Below are positions 38,079-47,276 of a DNA stretch of 64,000 nt, in pieces. Made by a program: the position numbers and the translations under genes. Source of the DNA: an uncultured Methylomirabilota bacterium (lineage in GTDB: Bacteria > Methylomirabilota > Methylomirabilia > Methylomirabilales > 2-02-FULL-66-22). How positions within the stretch are numbered: position 1 is the first letter of the stretch; each line of letters starts with the position of its first letter. The stretch covers positions 2,304,001 to 2,368,000 of the forward strand of contig OY970067.1 in NCBI GenBank assembly GCA_963705305.1, written 5' to 3'. The notes under the pieces were generated by a model. It saw nothing but the letters and a program-made list of their open reading frames with translations. It did no database searches and was not told the origin of the DNA.

Positions 38079-38177
38079 CTGTTTAACCGCCGTGGCGCCA
38101 AGGGCACCCCTTTCAAATTCGAATTTCGAATTTTCCTTCGGCGCCTTGGCGGTGAGATATTTTCGGAATGGGGCTAG
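38079..38177 (-). repeat. Dispersed hairpin repeat with internal TTCGAAA heptamers, copy 2
   Basis: Inverted copy of 32267-32379 with two heptamer units. Confidence 0.85.
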
Positions 38178-38331
38178 CTGCGCCCGGCGGAAGCCTGCGT
38201 GCATCGAGCGTCGTACTGGGGGGTGTTCGAACGAGGGGGTGGATTGAGAGGTCCACACCTCGCGTGCCGGCCGGGAGACTCCCGGACGACAACTGGTGCC
38301 TGAACAAACGGTGAACATGGGAGGCGCAACA

Positions 38332-39354
38332 ATGAAGAATGTCAGCCGGAGACAGTTTCTCACCCGTGGGCTTGGCGTTGCGGCGGCAGCCACTGCAGGT
38401 GTCACGGCACTCAACCTCGGCGAGCGCTCAGCCCGGGCCGCGGGTCAGCCCGTCGTGCTCAAACTCGGCCACGCGGACACGGCACTCCACCCGGGCCAGA
38501 CGGTTGCCACGCGGTTCGCGGAGCTGGTCAAGCAGCGCACCGGAGGGTCGGTCGAGGTCCGCGTCTACCCGGTCGGCCAGCTGGGCACCATGGCCAATGT
38601 CATCTCCGGCCTCTCGACCGGGATCGTGGACCTGGCCATGGAGACGACGGGGTTCCTCGAATCCTACTTTCCCCGCATCCAGGTGCTGGATCTGCCCTTC
38701 CTCTTCAAGGACGCCACCTCGGCCGAGCGACTGCTCGACGGCCCGATCGGTCAGGACCTGCTCAATGACATGCCGGCCAAGGGGATCTATGGGCTGACCT
38801 GGGGTCATTACGGCTGGCGCGAATCGGAGACGAACGTGCACCCCCTGAAGACGCCGGCGGATTTCAAGGGGCTCAAGATCCGGGTCCAACCCGGCGCGGT
38901 GTACGCCGCCATGTTCAAGGCGATTGATGCCGTTCCGGTCGTGCTCGACCTCTCGGAGCTCTACATCGCGCTTTCCCAGGGCACGGTCAACGGGTACGAG
39001 CTGCCCTTCCTGGCGGTCATCAGCACCAAGCTCGTGGAGGTGACCAAGTACGTCGGTCTCACCAACCACGTGTACAATGCCGGGGTGTTGATGGCGAGCA
39101 AGGTGAGGCTGGATGCCCTCGCCCCCAAAGAACAGGAGGTCATTCGCGAGACGGCGAAAGAGATCATGCCGTTCTGGCGCACGCTCATGGCCGAAAAGTC
39201 GCTGGAGGACCGCAAGATCTGCGAGAAGAGCGGCCTGGTTATCGATGAGATCGATTACCCGGCCTTCAAGAAGGCCATGCAGCCGGTCTACGCGGAATTC
39301 CGGCCCAAAATCGGCCCCGAGTTCATGGACCGGGTGATGAAGGCGGCGAGCTAG
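38332..39354 (+). CDS. dctP: TRAP transporter substrate-binding protein, Tat-exported
   Basis: SRRQFL twin-arginine signal, YPVGQLG, DLPFLF, GWR, GLKIRV, ELYIALSQGTVNG. Confidence 0.92.
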   Translation: MKNVSRRQFLTRGLGVAAAATAGVTALNLGERSARAAGQPVVLKLGHADTALHPGQTVATRFAELVKQRTGGSVEVRVYPVGQLGTMANVISGLSTGIVDLAMETTGFLESYFPRIQVLDLPFLFKDATSAERLLDGPIGQDLLNDMPAKGIYGLTWGHYGWRESETNVHPLKTPADFKGLKIRVQPGAVYAAMFKAIDAVPVVLDLSELYIALSQGTVNGYELPFLAVISTKLVEVTKYVGLTNHVYNAGVLMASKVRLDALAPKEQEVIRETAKEIMPFWRTLMAEKSLEDRKICEKSGLVIDEIDYPAFKKAMQPVYAEFRPKIGPEFMDRVMKAAS

Positions 39355-39545
39355 CAGGCTGCCGAAAAAGGCCCATCTGCCGGGTACCCATCTGATGGGT
39401 GCCCATCCTTCGGATGGGTACCCCGCCCGCTCGCGCACTCGCTGCGGCGTACCAGAAGTACGCCTCACTCGGCCCTTTGCGGGCCGCCTTGCACCTGGGC
39501 CTTTTTGAGCAGCCTGGTCGGAGCGGGTTTTCAGCAGCCTGCTAG
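39351..39545. mobile_element. Non-autonomous MITE with terminal inverted repeats
   Basis: CTAGCAGGCTGCCGAAAA...TTTTCAGCAGCCTGCTAG (17/18 inverted match including CTAG at both ends); an extra internal end at ~39503-39517; no ORF. Confidence 0.8.
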
Positions 39546-39666
39546 GGCGCGCACCGGAAGGGCAGTCTCCCAAACAGCAGTTCCGCGTGAGCTACCTGCT
39601 CGGGTTCGGCCGGAGCGGGTGGACCACAGAGGGTGTGTGCATCTTCGCAGGCTGAGGGAGGAAAGC

Positions 39667-41571
39667 GTGGAGGAGAGGACCGGCCCATTGCCTCCGGTCG
39701 CCATGGGGGCCGATGCAGCGGCATCGTGTTCGCGGAACGGAACGCGATGGAGCCGAGCCATCGACCTAGCGATGGGGGTGACTGTGGCTGCGGCTCTGGT
39801 GGGTGAGCTGGGGGTCGTCTTCTTCAACACCATGAGTCGCTCCTTTCTCGGTATGGCCTTGCTGTGGACGGACGAGACGGCGCAGCTCGCGCTCTCCACC
39901 ATCGCCTTCGCGGGCGGCGTCTTGGCCTATCGGCGCGGCGAGCACGTCTCCGTCCGCGCGCTGGTTGAGGCGCTGCCGCCCGCATGCCAGCCCGCCTGCC
40001 ACGCGCTGGTCGACCTGATCGTCCTCACCATGGCAGTCGTCACAGGACTCAGTGCGCTTCCCCTGCTCGCCGCCCGATGGCAGGAATTGACGCCGATCCT
40101 GCAGATACGCGCGGGCTGGTTCGTCATTCCGCTCGTGGTCAGCATGGTCCTGCTCGCCGTGACGGCGATCGAGCGACTCCTCCGCCAGCACCGGCCGACC
40201 GTGCTGGCGGTGGGCGCCGCCTTCGCGGCCCTCGTGCTCCTCCTCGTGCTGACGGGCGGGACTTGGCGACCCTGGTTCGCGGGGCCTGGGGCCCTCAGCC
40301 TCGCGCTGGGCCTCTTCTTTGGCCTCCTGATGTTCGGGCTGCCCGTCACCTTCGGGCTCCTCTTCGGCGCCTTCGTGTATCTGTATACCTCCGGCACGGT
40401 GCCGCTCACCGCCCTGGCCCAGAACGCGGCCGACGGCACCAACAACTTTGTCCTGCTGGCCCTTCCCTTCTTCATCTTTGCCGGCATGATCATGGAGAAG
40501 GGCGGCATCAGCCTCCGGCTGGTCCGCCTGGTGAAGGCGCTGTTCGGGCATCTCCGGGGCGGACTCCTCCAGGTGACCGTCGTCAGCATGTACATCGTCT
40601 CCGGGCTCTCCGGAGCGAAGACGGCCGACGTGGCTGCGGTGGGATCGGTCATGCGCGACATGCTGCGGCGGGAAGGCTACAGCATGGAGCAGAGCGCGGC
40701 CGTGCTGGCGGCCTCGGCCGTGATGGGGGAGACGGTCCCGCCCAGCCTGGCCATGCTGGTGCTGAGCTCGGTGACGACGCTCTCCGTCGGGGCGCTCTTC
40801 ATCGCCGGGATCATCCCAGCCGTGGTGATCGGCCTCTGCCTCATGGGGCTGATCTACCTTCAGGCCCGGCGGTCGAAGGCGCCCCGCGTACCCCGGGCGA
40901 GTTTCCGGGAACTCATGAGGGCAATCCTCGGAGGGGTGCTGCCCCTCCTCATGCCGGTGATCCTGTTCGGCGGGATCCTGCTCGGCATCGGCACCCCGAC
41001 CGAGGTGTCGTCCTTCGCGGTGGTCTACGGGCTCGTTCTCGCCGCCATCTACGGCGAGCTCGGCCTTCGAGGCTTTGTGAAGAGCGTGATCGACTGCGCG
41101 GCCCTGTCGGGGATGATCCTGTTCATCCTGGCAGCGGCTTCCAGCTTCTCCTGGACGCTCAGCGTGGCCAACCTGCCGCAAGCGCTCGCCGGGGTCCTGA
41201 CCCATGTCCACAACAACCAATGGGTGTTCCTGTTCGGCTCGATCCTGTTCCTCATCGTGATCGGGACGATCCTGGAGGGGCTGCCCGCCCTCCTCATCCT
41301 GGCGCCGCTTCTGATGCCCATTGCAGGCCAGGTCGGCCTGAATCAACTCCATTACGGCATCATGCTGGTGCTGGCCATGGGGATCGGGATCTTCATCCCG
41401 CCTGTCGGCAACGGGTTCTACGTCTGCTGCGCCGTGTGCGAAACCACCATCGAGAAATCCACCCGGGCCCTGATCCCGTTTCTGGTGGTGGTGGGGATAG
41501 GCCTCCTTCTGGTGGCGTTGGTGCCCTGGTTTACCCTGTTCCTACCCGCGAAATTCCACCTGGCTGGATGA
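39667..41571 (+). CDS. TRAP transporter fused small+large permease (DctQ-DctM)
   Basis: DctQ motifs WTDE and RRGEHVSV, then DctM motifs LLALPFFIFAGMIM, SGLSGAKTADVAA, VPPS, TPTE, PPVG; start approximate. Confidence 0.9.
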   Translation: MEERTGPLPPVAMGADAAASCSRNGTRWSRAIDLAMGVTVAAALVGELGVVFFNTMSRSFLGMALLWTDETAQLALSTIAFAGGVLAYRRGEHVSVRALVEALPPACQPACHALVDLIVLTMAVVTGLSALPLLAARWQELTPILQIRAGWFVIPLVVSMVLLAVTAIERLLRQHRPTVLAVGAAFAALVLLLVLTGGTWRPWFAGPGALSLALGLFFGLLMFGLPVTFGLLFGAFVYLYTSGTVPLTALAQNAADGTNNFVLLALPFFIFAGMIMEKGGISLRLVRLVKALFGHLRGGLLQVTVVSMYIVSGLSGAKTADVAAVGSVMRDMLRREGYSMEQSAAVLAASAVMGETVPPSLAMLVLSSVTTLSVGALFIAGIIPAVVIGLCLMGLIYLQARRSKAPRVPRASFRELMRAILGGVLPLLMPVILFGGILLGIGTPTEVSSFAVVYGLVLAAIYGELGLRGFVKSVIDCAALSGMILFILAAASSFSWTLSVANLPQALAGVLTHVHNNQWVFLFGSILFLIVIGTILEGLPALLILAPLLMPIAGQVGLNQLHYGIMLVLAMGIGIFIPPVGNGFYVCCAVCETTIEKSTRALIPFLVVVGIGLLLVALVPWFTLFLPAKFHLAG

Positions 41572-41647
41572 GCGTCGCTCTCGCCGGATGCGAAGGGAGA
41601 GCGGCAGACGCACGGACCGTTTCAGGCTGGCTCAATGGAGGAAGGTC

Positions 41648-42550
41648 ATGACAGCAAAAGCGAGGAACAACGAAAGAACCCTGGAGAAGCAGGCCAAGGA
41701 AATGCTGCGGGGAGCCATCGATTTCCATATCCATTCCGGTCCTGACATCTATCCCCGCCTGCTCAGCGATATCGAGGTGGCTCGCCAGGCGAAGCGGGCG
41801 GGGATGGCTGCGGTTCTGATCAAGAGCCACGTCACCATCAGCGCAGACCGGGCACAGATCGCCCAGGCCGTCACCGGCTTCCCGGTGTTTGGCGGGGTGG
41901 CGCTCAATTGGCCGGTCGGGGGACTCAACAAGTACGCGGTGGATTGCGCGGCGAAACTTGGTGCCCGTCAGGTCTGGATGCCCACGACCCATGCCGCCTA
42001 TTATCTGAAACATGTGAACCACGTCCCGATGTTCGCGAAGACCATGCCCAAAGACATCCGGGGAATTTCCATCCTCGGCGAGGACGGCAGCCTGGTCCCG
42101 GAGGTGGGGCCCGTGCTGGAGGCGATTGCCCGCCACGGGATGATCCTGGCCACCGGGCATCTCTCTCCGGAAGAAGGGCTGGCGCTCATTCGCGAGGCGA
42201 GGAGAGCCGGGGTCGAAAAGATCGTCGTCACCCACCCGCTGGCCACCTTCGTTAATTATTCGCTCGACCAGATGCGGGAAGCGCTCGTTGCGGGAGCCAC
42301 GTATCTGGAGCATGTCTTCAATGACTGCACGCGCCAGGTGTCCCATCCGATTCCGCCCAGCGCCTTGGGGGATGCCATCAAGGCCATAGGACCAGAGCAC
42401 TGCATCATGTCCACCGACTCGGGCCAGGTGGTCAACCCGCGACCGGTCGAGATGATGGCTTGGTACATTCGGGAAATGCTGCAGTACGGACTCCCGGCCC
42501 GGGCCATTCGCACGATGATCAAGACCAATCCGGGCAGGATTCTGGCGTGA
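41648..42550 (+). CDS. DUF6282-like metal-dependent TIM-barrel hydrolase
   Basis: GAIDFHIHSGPD, KSH, GGVALN, VWMPT, LATGHLS, VTHP, STDSGQ, NP. Confidence 0.8.
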   Translation: MTAKARNNERTLEKQAKEMLRGAIDFHIHSGPDIYPRLLSDIEVARQAKRAGMAAVLIKSHVTISADRAQIAQAVTGFPVFGGVALNWPVGGLNKYAVDCAAKLGARQVWMPTTHAAYYLKHVNHVPMFAKTMPKDIRGISILGEDGSLVPEVGPVLEAIARHGMILATGHLSPEEGLALIREARRAGVEKIVVTHPLATFVNYSLDQMREALVAGATYLEHVFNDCTRQVSHPIPPSALGDAIKAIGPEHCIMSTDSGQVVNPRPVEMMAWYIREMLQYGLPARAIRTMIKTNPGRILA

Positions 42551-42599
42551 CGGGAATGGCGGAGGCGAGCGGGGGCCTAGCAGGCTTTTAGATTCTACT

Positions 42600-42847
42600 G
42601 GTCTGCTCATGGCCTCCGGACGTTGGCGCGTCGGCGTCTCCTTCGCGAGGCGCGACGGGTTCAGGGCACCGACACTCTCCGCATCCGTCTGCCATCTCCT
42701 TGTGCCACCTCCGCGGCCCGGCGATCCTGGCCTGGGACAACGGGAAGGTCCGCGCGGGGCCGAGCGTGCTCGTCCTTTGCGCCGCCTTCTCGTGCCTGAA
42801 ATGGGCGACCTTCCCGCCCAATGCCTCCCACGTGAAATCGCAATAAG
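42600..42847 (+). pseudogene. Degenerate IS630-family transposase fragment
   Basis: With one frameshift it reads ..RVGVSF..HLLCHLRGPAILAWDNGKVRAGPSV..LCAAF..L...FPPNA, resembling the DDE_3 segment (LRGPVIVxWDNxxxH...FPxYAPELNP); ends at GCAATA. Confidence 0.6.
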
Positions 42848-43107
42848 ATGAGAGGGGCCAGACGTTCGGGAGCTTCCCACCCGCCGGCGCTACCTCTTCA
42901 AAGTGTGTCGCCCGAGACCGTTTCCTGCCAAAAGTATCCACATCCGTCCAGCCTTGCGTTGACAGCCAGTTAGGCGGAATCGCCGGCCGGAAGCGGTCCG
43001 GGTGGCCGCCCGGTCAGGAGACGGCGAGCCGGTACCGCCGGGCCCGGAGTCACCACAAGACCGCTGATTCGTTGCGGTTAGGGGGCCGGGATGGGAGTGG
43101 GGCGATT

Positions 43108-43124
43108 CCGGCACGCCGGATGCT
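43108..43124 (+). promoter_or_regulatory. Putative sigma-54 (-24/-12) promoter
   Basis: CCGGCACGCCGGATGCT: GG-N10-GC with a GGCACG core, ~40 nt before the response-regulator start. Confidence 0.5.
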
Positions 43125-43161
43125 TGGGAAGGAGCGCAGTCGACGCAAGAAAGGGGGGGCC

Positions 43162-43587
43162 ATGGGCGTGACGGCAGTCGGCGCCTCCGCAGATCGGACC
43201 CGGGTCTTGGTGGTGGACGACAATCCAAGCGTCCGCGAGATGGTCCTGCGGGGGTTTCGACAGATCGGGTGGCAAGCCGACGGGGCCGCAGATGGCCTGG
43301 AGGCGCTGGCGTGCCTTCGGCACGAGGGGTACGACGTCATCGTCAGCGACTTTGAGATGCCTCGCCTGAATGGCCTCGGTCTGCTCCGGGAGGTCCGGCG
43401 AGGAGGCGCTTCGCCGCCGCTGGTGATCCAGACGACCCTCCTGGACCCCACGTTGGAGTCCCTGCTCCTGGGGGCAGGGGCCTTCCGCGTCGTGATGAAG
43501 GGGTCCCCCATCGGGGACTTGGTGGGATCGGTCGAGGAGGTGTGTAGAGTGGCGCACGCCTCTGTCGGTTCGCACGGGCCGGGATGA
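43162..43587 (+). CDS. Single-domain response regulator
   Basis: VLVVDD, IVSDFEMPRLNG, conserved Thr and Lys. Confidence 0.85.
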   Translation: MGVTAVGASADRTRVLVVDDNPSVREMVLRGFRQIGWQADGAADGLEALACLRHEGYDVIVSDFEMPRLNGLGLLREVRRGGASPPLVIQTTLLDPTLESLLLGAGAFRVVMKGSPIGDLVGSVEEVCRVAHASVGSHGPG

Positions 43588-43835
43588 CGCGAGTGCCTCG
43601 CTCTGCCGCGGGCGGATCGCCGTGAACGGAGGGAAGAGCACGCTCCCGCGCCCGAAATCTGCGGGGGAGGCTTCCGGCATGCGACAGGCCGTGGCCCCTG
43701 AATGCGGCTCGGGCGCGGATGGCATCCATGAGTCCCGCATCGGTGCGGCCCGGGGGCTTCTCGCGGGTGGCGAGAGAGTCCCGAGGATCAGTTCCACCCG
43801 TCTGGATCGGCGCACAGCCGTAGGAGGATTGTTTC

Positions 43836-44258
43836 ATGCGTGGAATGCGAGTAGTGACGGCGCTCTTGGCCGCAGGCTCTCTGGTGCTGGCCGGGTCGGC
43901 CTTTGCGGCCACGGAGACCAGCCAGGCTCCGGCGGCCGCCAAGACGGCAAGCACCGCCGTGGAGGCCACCAAGGCCCCGGCGTCCCACATGGAGCGCGAG
44001 GCCCATCACATCGTCAGGGGTGAGGTGACGGAGGTGGACGCCACGACCCGGACGCTGGCCGTCAGAACCGCCAGGCACAAGAAGGAGCTGACCGTCGAGA
44101 TGCAGGTTCCGGAGAAAACGGTCATACGCGAAGGCAAAACCAGCAAGACCCTGGCGGACATTCAGGTCGGAAACCAAGTGTGGGTGAAGTACGACAGGAC
44201 CTCCAAGGAGAATTCCGCCGACACCATTCACATCCTGAAGAGCAAGCCCAAGGCGTAA
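43836..44258 (+). CDS. Small secreted OB-fold-like protein
   Basis: Signal peptide (AFA), Ala-rich linker, VRGEVTEVD..TLAV, TVIREG, LADIQVGNQVWVKY; RBS AGGAGG. Confidence 0.8.
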   Translation: MRGMRVVTALLAAGSLVLAGSAFAATETSQAPAAAKTASTAVEATKAPASHMEREAHHIVRGEVTEVDATTRTLAVRTARHKKELTVEMQVPEKTVIREGKTSKTLADIQVGNQVWVKYDRTSKENSADTIHILKSKPKA

Positions 44259-44386
44259 AACATGGCTGCCAAATAGCAGGGGAGGAGGGCAGCCGTAGTG
44301 GCCCCGGACCCGCGCAGAGGGGGCTACCCCCCTGCGGGTCCGAGTGCCGTTTCTACATGGCCACCCCCCTAGGTTCGGGACAGGTG

Positions 44387-45025
44387 ATGCGGCCGAGACC
44401 AGGTGCAGGCGACGGAGACTCGCGCGAGGTGCACGACAGCGGGGGCCCCGAGACTCCCCGGGCGTCCAGCCGGCGCCCGCTCCCCCGCACGGGGCTCGCC
44501 GGGGGAGCGGCTGCAGCAGCTGTCGTTCTGCTCGTCACCGGGTGGCTGGCGGTCACGTCGCTCACGATCGAGTCGGGCTCGATGATGGGCACCCTGCGGC
44601 CGGGCGATCGGATTCTGGTCAGCCGACTTTCCTATCGTCTGCATGCCTTCCGGCGAGGGGACATCATCGCTTTCCGATACCCCCAGGAGGAAGCCCGGAT
44701 ATTCATCAAGCGCGTGATCGCCCTGCCGGGGGATGTGGTTGAAGAGACCCACGGCCGCTTCTATGTCAATGGGCACCCGGCCGTGCGGGCGACGACGATC
44801 CGGGATGCCGACGACACGGACCCGCAGGCCGCCATGGCGGCATGGTCAATCTCACCGGGCCAACTGTTCGTCCTGGGGGACAACCGGGGGGCCAGCCTGG
44901 ACAGCCGATTCTGGGGGACGGTGGACGTGCGGAAGGTCGTCGGCAGGGCCATGCTCATCTATTGGTCTCAGGGGAGAGGCTGGTGGGACATCCGCTGGGA
45001 TCGGGTCGGGCGCTGGCTGCGCTGA
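44387..45025 (+). CDS. lepB: Signal peptidase I
   Basis: IESGSMMGTLRPGDRILV (catalytic Ser), FIKRVIALPGD (Lys), GDNRGASLDSRFWG; start uncertain. Confidence 0.9.
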   Translation: MRPRPGAGDGDSREVHDSGGPETPRASSRRPLPRTGLAGGAAAAAVVLLVTGWLAVTSLTIESGSMMGTLRPGDRILVSRLSYRLHAFRRGDIIAFRYPQEEARIFIKRVIALPGDVVEETHGRFYVNGHPAVRATTIRDADDTDPQAAMAAWSISPGQLFVLGDNRGASLDSRFWGTVDVRKVVGRAMLIYWSQGRGWWDIRWDRVGRWLR

Positions 45026-45498
45026 GCCCGGTGCCGGCGGCCGGCCCGCCGCTCTCCTCTCCCCCTTCCTCAACTTTTCGGCCCGATGCGGCCGGGATCT
45101 TCTTCGCCGATCGGGCCCCCGCCGCGTCTGGCGGGTGCGACATCGATCAGCACCGACCGGCCTGGGCGAATCCCCTCGGCACCTTAAGAACGATTCCGCT
45201 GCGGCAGGCTCGAGTCGAGCGATGGGCCGGCCGCCTCGCCGCCCGTCTCGGTCGGCTGACTGCCCGAGCGGACAATCGCCGGGGCCGCAGATTTCCCCTT
45301 GACCTTGAAGAGCCAGGGGAAATACATTCTGCCGGCCGGTATCCGGAATGCCCGACTGGATTCTGTATCGGGCATGCATGGACGGGGCGGAACGATGCGG
45401 AGTGCGCGCCGCCGACGACAGGTGGCGCCCGTCCCGAATGGTCCCCGTTGGCGGCCGTCCAAGCCGCCGGCGACACCCGTGTGTTCTCGGAGGATACA

Positions 45499-46695
45499 AT
45501 GCGGTCCGATGAGCCGTTGGCCCTGCTGAAAGGGGTTCGCATTCTCAGTTTCACGCAGTTCCTCCTCGGGCCGGCCGGCGTGCAGTACCTCGCCGACATG
45601 GGGGCGGATGTCATCAAGATCGAGCCGCCGGGGGGAAAACTGTTCGAGCGCAACTGGGCGGGCTGCGACCAGTTCTTGAACGGGGTGAGCGCATTCTTCC
45701 TCTGCGCGCATCGCAATCAGCGCAGCCTGACGCTGGATCTGAAGCGGCCCGAAGGCGTGGCGGTGGCGAAACGGCTGGTCGCCGGGGCGGACGTGCTGGT
45801 GCAGAACTTTCGTCCCGGGGTCATGCGGCGGCTGGGACTGGGGTACGAGGACGTAGCGCCGCTCAACCCCTGCCTCATCTACGCCTCCGCGTCGGGGTAC
45901 GGGGAAGCCAGCACCTATCGGGAGCGGCCGGGGCAAGACCTGCTGATTCAGGCGATGAGCGGTCTTGCCAGCATCTCGGGGCGGGCGGGACAGCCCCCCA
46001 CGGCGGTGGGCGGGCCGGTCGTTGACCAGCACGGAGCCGCCCTGTTGGCCATGGGTGTCCTGGCCGCCCTGTTTGATCGCACCCGGACCGGTAAAGGGCA
46101 GCGCATCGAGGTGACCATGCTTCGCGCCGCGCTCGATCTGCAGATGGAAGTGCTGAGCTATTACCTGAATGGCGCCACCCTGCGGAAGAGCCCGACAAGC
46201 CTCGCCAGCATGATCCACCCGGGGCCGTACGGGATCTACGAGACGCGGGACGGCTGGATGGCGCTATCGATGTCGCCCCTGCCGGTGCTGCAAGAGGTCC
46301 TGCAAGTTCCCGCGCTGGAGCCGCTGGCCAGCCAGCGGTACAACCACGCCGCGCGCGAGCAGGTTGCCCGGATCCTCGAGCCGGTCATGCGGACGCGGAC
46401 GACCGCCGAGTGGATCGAGTATCTGGTTCCAAAGGGAATCTGGGCGGCTCCCGTGCAGGATTACGACGCGGTGCTCGCCGATCCGGCCGTCCAGGAGGCG
46501 GATGTCACGGAAGAGGTGGAGCATCCGATTGCCGGCCGGATCCGGCTGCTGCGCTTTCCACTGACATTTTCCGGCGGCCGGGCCGGAACGCGGCGAGTCC
46601 CGCCAACGCCGGGCGAGCACGGGCGGGAGATCCTGCGCGAGCTGGGATACAGCGACGCCGAGGTGGGCGCCCTCGCCCGGCAGCAGGTCATCTGA
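45499..46695 (+). CDS. Class III CoA-transferase (CaiB/BaiF)
   Basis: GP..QYLADMGADVIKIEPP, HRNQRSLTLDLK, QNFRPG, SGYG, GQDLLIQAMSG, VVD. Confidence 0.93.
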   Translation: MRSDEPLALLKGVRILSFTQFLLGPAGVQYLADMGADVIKIEPPGGKLFERNWAGCDQFLNGVSAFFLCAHRNQRSLTLDLKRPEGVAVAKRLVAGADVLVQNFRPGVMRRLGLGYEDVAPLNPCLIYASASGYGEASTYRERPGQDLLIQAMSGLASISGRAGQPPTAVGGPVVDQHGAALLAMGVLAALFDRTRTGKGQRIEVTMLRAALDLQMEVLSYYLNGATLRKSPTSLASMIHPGPYGIYETRDGWMALSMSPLPVLQEVLQVPALEPLASQRYNHAAREQVARILEPVMRTRTTAEWIEYLVPKGIWAAPVQDYDAVLADPAVQEADVTEEVEHPIAGRIRLLRFPLTFSGGRAGTRRVPPTPGEHGREILRELGYSDAEVGALARQQVI

Positions 46696-46850
46696 GCCGG
46701 CGGCGGGCCGCGCCGGCAGCCACTCGGGACGGACCAGAGCACGGATCCGGGGCTCGCGGGAGAGGAACAGATGATTGACAAGGGATCGGGGAGTGTGCTA
46801 GCTCTTACTCCCCCTCCCTCCCATCCTTTTTTCAGGGGAGCTGTGGTGCC

Positions 46851-47207
46851 GTGACCACCAGGATCCAGAGATGGCCGTCGTCGATCAGGTGGACACTCCT
46901 GCTCTTGGTCTTCCTGGTCTTCAACTCCTACCTGGATGTGCAGATCCTGGGCCTTGACGGATCGTACCCCCGCATGACCTTGAAGGCGCCTTGGCCGGAG
47001 GATGAGTCGTCGGCGGAGGCCGTTCTCCCGATCCAGGATGCCAGTGCGCCCGGCGTTCCGGAGCCGACCGCACGAATAATCTGCAGCCGATGGACTCCTC
47101 CTTTGCCTTCCGGGCTCTGCGTTCAATCACGGTGCCGCCGCATTCTGCGGCGACCCGCGCGAACCCGCAGCTCCCGAAGCGGCTCTCTTTCGTCCGATCC
47201 CGTCTGA
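46851..47207 (+). CDS. Hypothetical small membrane-anchored protein
   Basis: TTGACA at 46775, RBS GGGGAG, GTG start, one hydrophobic helix; no recognisable domain. Confidence 0.45.
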   Translation: MTTRIQRWPSSIRWTLLLLVFLVFNSYLDVQILGLDGSYPRMTLKAPWPEDESSAEAVLPIQDASAPGVPEPTARIICSRWTPPLPSGLCVQSRCRRILRRPARTRSSRSGSLSSDPV

Positions 47208-47276
47208 CGCGTCCCCTCGCACTCTGGGTGTTTGTGCCTTTCCTTATTTTCCTCTTCACAGCGGAAGGAGAATGCG

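Noticed and set aside
43674..43690. Second sigma-54 promoter before the secreted protein gene
   Set aside because: It has GG-N10-GC spacing only, a poor match elsewhere, and lies far from the start codon.
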